Position numbers and translations under genes: made by a program. Source: Terriglobia bacterium (GTDB lineage: Bacteria > Acidobacteriota > Terriglobia > Acidiferrales > UBA7541). From it: DNA of 64,000 nucleotides. The stretch covers positions 512,001 to 576,000 of the forward strand of contig OY968796.1 of NCBI GenBank assembly GCA_963695545.1, written 5' to 3'. Under the pieces are notes generated by a model. It ran no database searches. It worked only from the letters and a program-made list of their open reading frames with translations, and was not told where the DNA came from. Positions 61,946 through 64,000 of the stretch are shown here, piece after piece (position 1 is the stretch's first letter; every line of letters starts with the position of its first letter).

Positions 61946-63730
61946 CTACGCGAGCCTCTCCCCTTCCTCGATGGACGAGAGAAGGCGTTTCACCGTAATT
62001 CCCAAATTCACCGCGGTTTCCGTGTCCTTCACGCTCTTGGCTTGCTCCGCGCGGCCTTGCAGATAATTGATTTCGTTGCGAGCGAGCGTTAGCGCGGATT
62101 GCAGCGCCTCCGAATCTCCCGCGCTGCGGCAAGCGTCGCGAGCGGTGCCCAACATGGCGCGCGCGACGACCGCGCGGCGGAAATCCTCGGAATAAGGACC
62201 GCTTTCGCTTACGAACGCGGCGACTTCCCAAGAGGAAATCAAGAAGCGGGTTTCGCCAAGCGCGATCGTGGCCATGGAGCGACCGCGGCCGGGCGGCGTC
62301 TCGATAAGCTGCTCCCAGATTTTCTCCAGGCAATTTTCCAACTCCGATTGCGAGGGCGCGGCGACGGCAGTTCTCCGGAATATCGACGTCGCGGCCGATG
62401 CCGCGTCTTTGGCCGCGGATTCCACTGGTTGCGCGCCTTCCGCGGTGGCTGGCGTTGATTCGCGATCCGCTGCGTTGGGCGTGTCCTCCAGGCCCGAAGA
62501 CTCTGCGAGCGAAGGTTTCACACGATCGTTCGGATCGATGGGACTTTGCATGATCCCTAAGTCTGAAATGTCGATTTCGACCGGCGACCGTTCGGCTGGC
62601 AGCGCGCCCGGCACAGCGATGGGCACGCCGAATAATTCGTCGGGCGCTTGCTCGCGTGCCGCGGGGATTTGCACGGAATCATCCGAACGGAAGGTCCACT
62701 GCTTCAGCAGCGCTTCTTCAACATCTGCACGTAGCGCCAACAACTGCTCGAGCGATCGGGCTGCGGAGGCCTGGGCGTAGTCGAGGTGCAACGGCGGCTT
62801 CCATTCATTGCAGAAGGAAATCAGATCCTCGGTGGGCTCGGCTGACGACATGCCCGCGCGCCGGCAATCGAGCGTGGCAATCCCGGCGGCGCTCAATTGG
62901 GCAAGGTTTTCCCGAAGGGCCTTCACATCTTCATGCATGAGACGAATGAACGCGCGGCGAATCACGAAATTGAAATGGCAAAATGCGAGTTCCGCGGAGG
63001 GGTCGTAACCCTGATTCCGTCCGGATTCTTTCAGGAGGCGGCCTTTCTCAATGCAGCCGCTCTCGAACAAATCCCGCAAGCTGTGCAATTGCGGCAGTGC
63101 TTCGAGAATTTCGCCCAAGGGCTCGTACCAGGAGGGCGGTGGAGCATTCACGTCGCCCAAGATGGGCTTCAGCACTTCGGCGACTTCTTCGAGCGTGAGC
63201 GTCTTGCTGAGCATGGCCGGCGGCGCGCAGAGCGCGAAATACTGCGCCATGAGAAAGTCGAGTTTGTCCTGATCGGCGGTGACGCTGTGCTTTTCGAGGT
63301 GATGTGCGATGAGGGCGCGTAAGGGTTCCTCGCGCACTTTGAACGAGCCGGAAAAAAGTTGGCGCAGTTGGTGCGGGCGAATCTGCTGGTCGAGCTCTTC
63401 GAGCCATTCGGCAAGTTTTTGCGCGGCCTCGGCGGAAAGTTCGTCCTCGGGAAGCTCGCCATCGCCGCAGGGCGGCGGCGCGAGATCGAATTTTCTTGAG
63501 AGGGCAATGTAAGTGGGGTAAAGCAGGCGCGCCTCTTCCCATCGGCTGTTCGGGTCGGCCTGGGAAAAACCACGGTCTTCGGTCGCTTGACCCGGCGCTG
63601 TCGGTTTGGTTCGTGGAGACACTTGTGAAACTCCAGTACGTCCTGATCGGCCCGAACTTCGGGCCTCGCCTATAGACAACAGCACGACCAGCGCCACAAT
63701 TTGCGGCAAGGAGGTGCCGCCAAACGACAC
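61946..63730 (-). CDS. Hypothetical protein in the chemosensory operon
   Basis: Long ORF, same strand as the operon; start uncertain. Confidence 0.7.
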   Translation of the reverse strand: MSFGGTSLPQIVALVVLLSIGEARSSGRSGRTGVSQVSPRTKPTAPGQATEDRGFSQADPNSRWEEARLLYPTYIALSRKFDLAPPPCGDGELPEDELSAEAAQKLAEWLEELDQQIRPHQLRQLFSGSFKVREEPLRALIAHHLEKHSVTADQDKLDFLMAQYFALCAPPAMLSKTLTLEEVAEVLKPILGDVNAPPPSWYEPLGEILEALPQLHSLRDLFESGCIEKGRLLKESGRNQGYDPSAELAFCHFNFVIRRAFIRLMHEDVKALRENLAQLSAAGIATLDCRRAGMSSAEPTEDLISFCNEWKPPLHLDYAQASAARSLEQLLALRADVEEALLKQWTFRSDDSVQIPAAREQAPDELFGVPIAVPGALPAERSPVEIDISDLGIMQSPIDPNDRVKPSLAESSGLEDTPNAADRESTPATAEGAQPVESAAKDAASAATSIFRRTAVAAPSQSELENCLEKIWEQLIETPPGRGRSMATIALGETRFLISSWEVAAFVSESGPYSEDFRRAVVARAMLGTARDACRSAGDSEALQSALTLARNEINYLQGRAEQAKSVKDTETAVNLGITVKRLLSSIEEGERLA

Positions 63731-63837
63731 ATATGCAGGGAGTTAGGGGCGCGCGCAAATCGCGGCGGAAGGCCGCGTCTCAGGCTGATACAAAACCATC
63801 TCACGTCTAGCAGGGCGGGCGGCGGCCGGGAGTTGCT

Positions 63838-64000
63838 TCAATATGTTGAGGATTTCGACTCGATTTCGATTTCGACGGGTTTTTGGCCAATTCCGAACTG
63901 TTTCAACTTGCGATAGATCGTCGCGCGGCTGATGCCGAGCGTTTTTGCGGCGAGAGCTTTGTCGCCACGGGCCTGCTCGTAGACGCGCTCGATCGTGGCA
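63838..64000 (-). CDS. Fis-type HTH C-terminus, probably a sigma54-dependent activator (partial)
   Basis: Manual translation ATIERVYEQARGDKALAAKTLGISRATIYRKLKQFG...STY*. Confidence 0.8.
   Translation of the reverse strand, partial: ATIERVYEQARGDKALAAKTLGISRATIYRKLKQFGIGQKPVEIEIESKSSTY

Overview
GC-rich bacterial chromosome segment. The gene content (Hanks kinase fused to a TolB-like propeller, PadR plus membrane partner, many secreted CAZymes, frequent leaderless genes) suggests Acidobacteriota; this is an inference. It carries carbohydrate-use genes (GH42, alginate lyase, GH3, IclR with SDR-fucP-GH29, PL10), two toxin-first TA pairs, tRNA-Leu(TAA), two GGDEF and two PilZ genes, a cysteine synthase/JAMM/MoaD-like/MoeB/CDGSH sulfur-carrier cluster, a CotH-like lipoprotein gene broken by one in-frame TAA, and a roughly 12 kb chemosensory operon. 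Two signals stand out. (1) A dispersed element occurs three times (about 3646-4060, 12409-12730, 43195-43600). Each copy has TTCGAA boxes, a TTGACA-N18-TAnnnT-N5-ATG leaderless promoter, an open leader ORF, degenerate AA-N18-TT units (39-bp tandem period in one copy, a shared hairpin in the other two) and a terminal CCGGGG(G)T motif. Two copies lie back-to-back with TA modules and one runs into a CCCH zinc-finger gene. (2) Both GGDEF enzymes carry the Asp-to-Ser change typical of Hypr (3',3'-cGAMP-forming) cyclases, and one of them sits with PilZ genes behind a sigma54 promoter. All calls are by eye; no database search was run.
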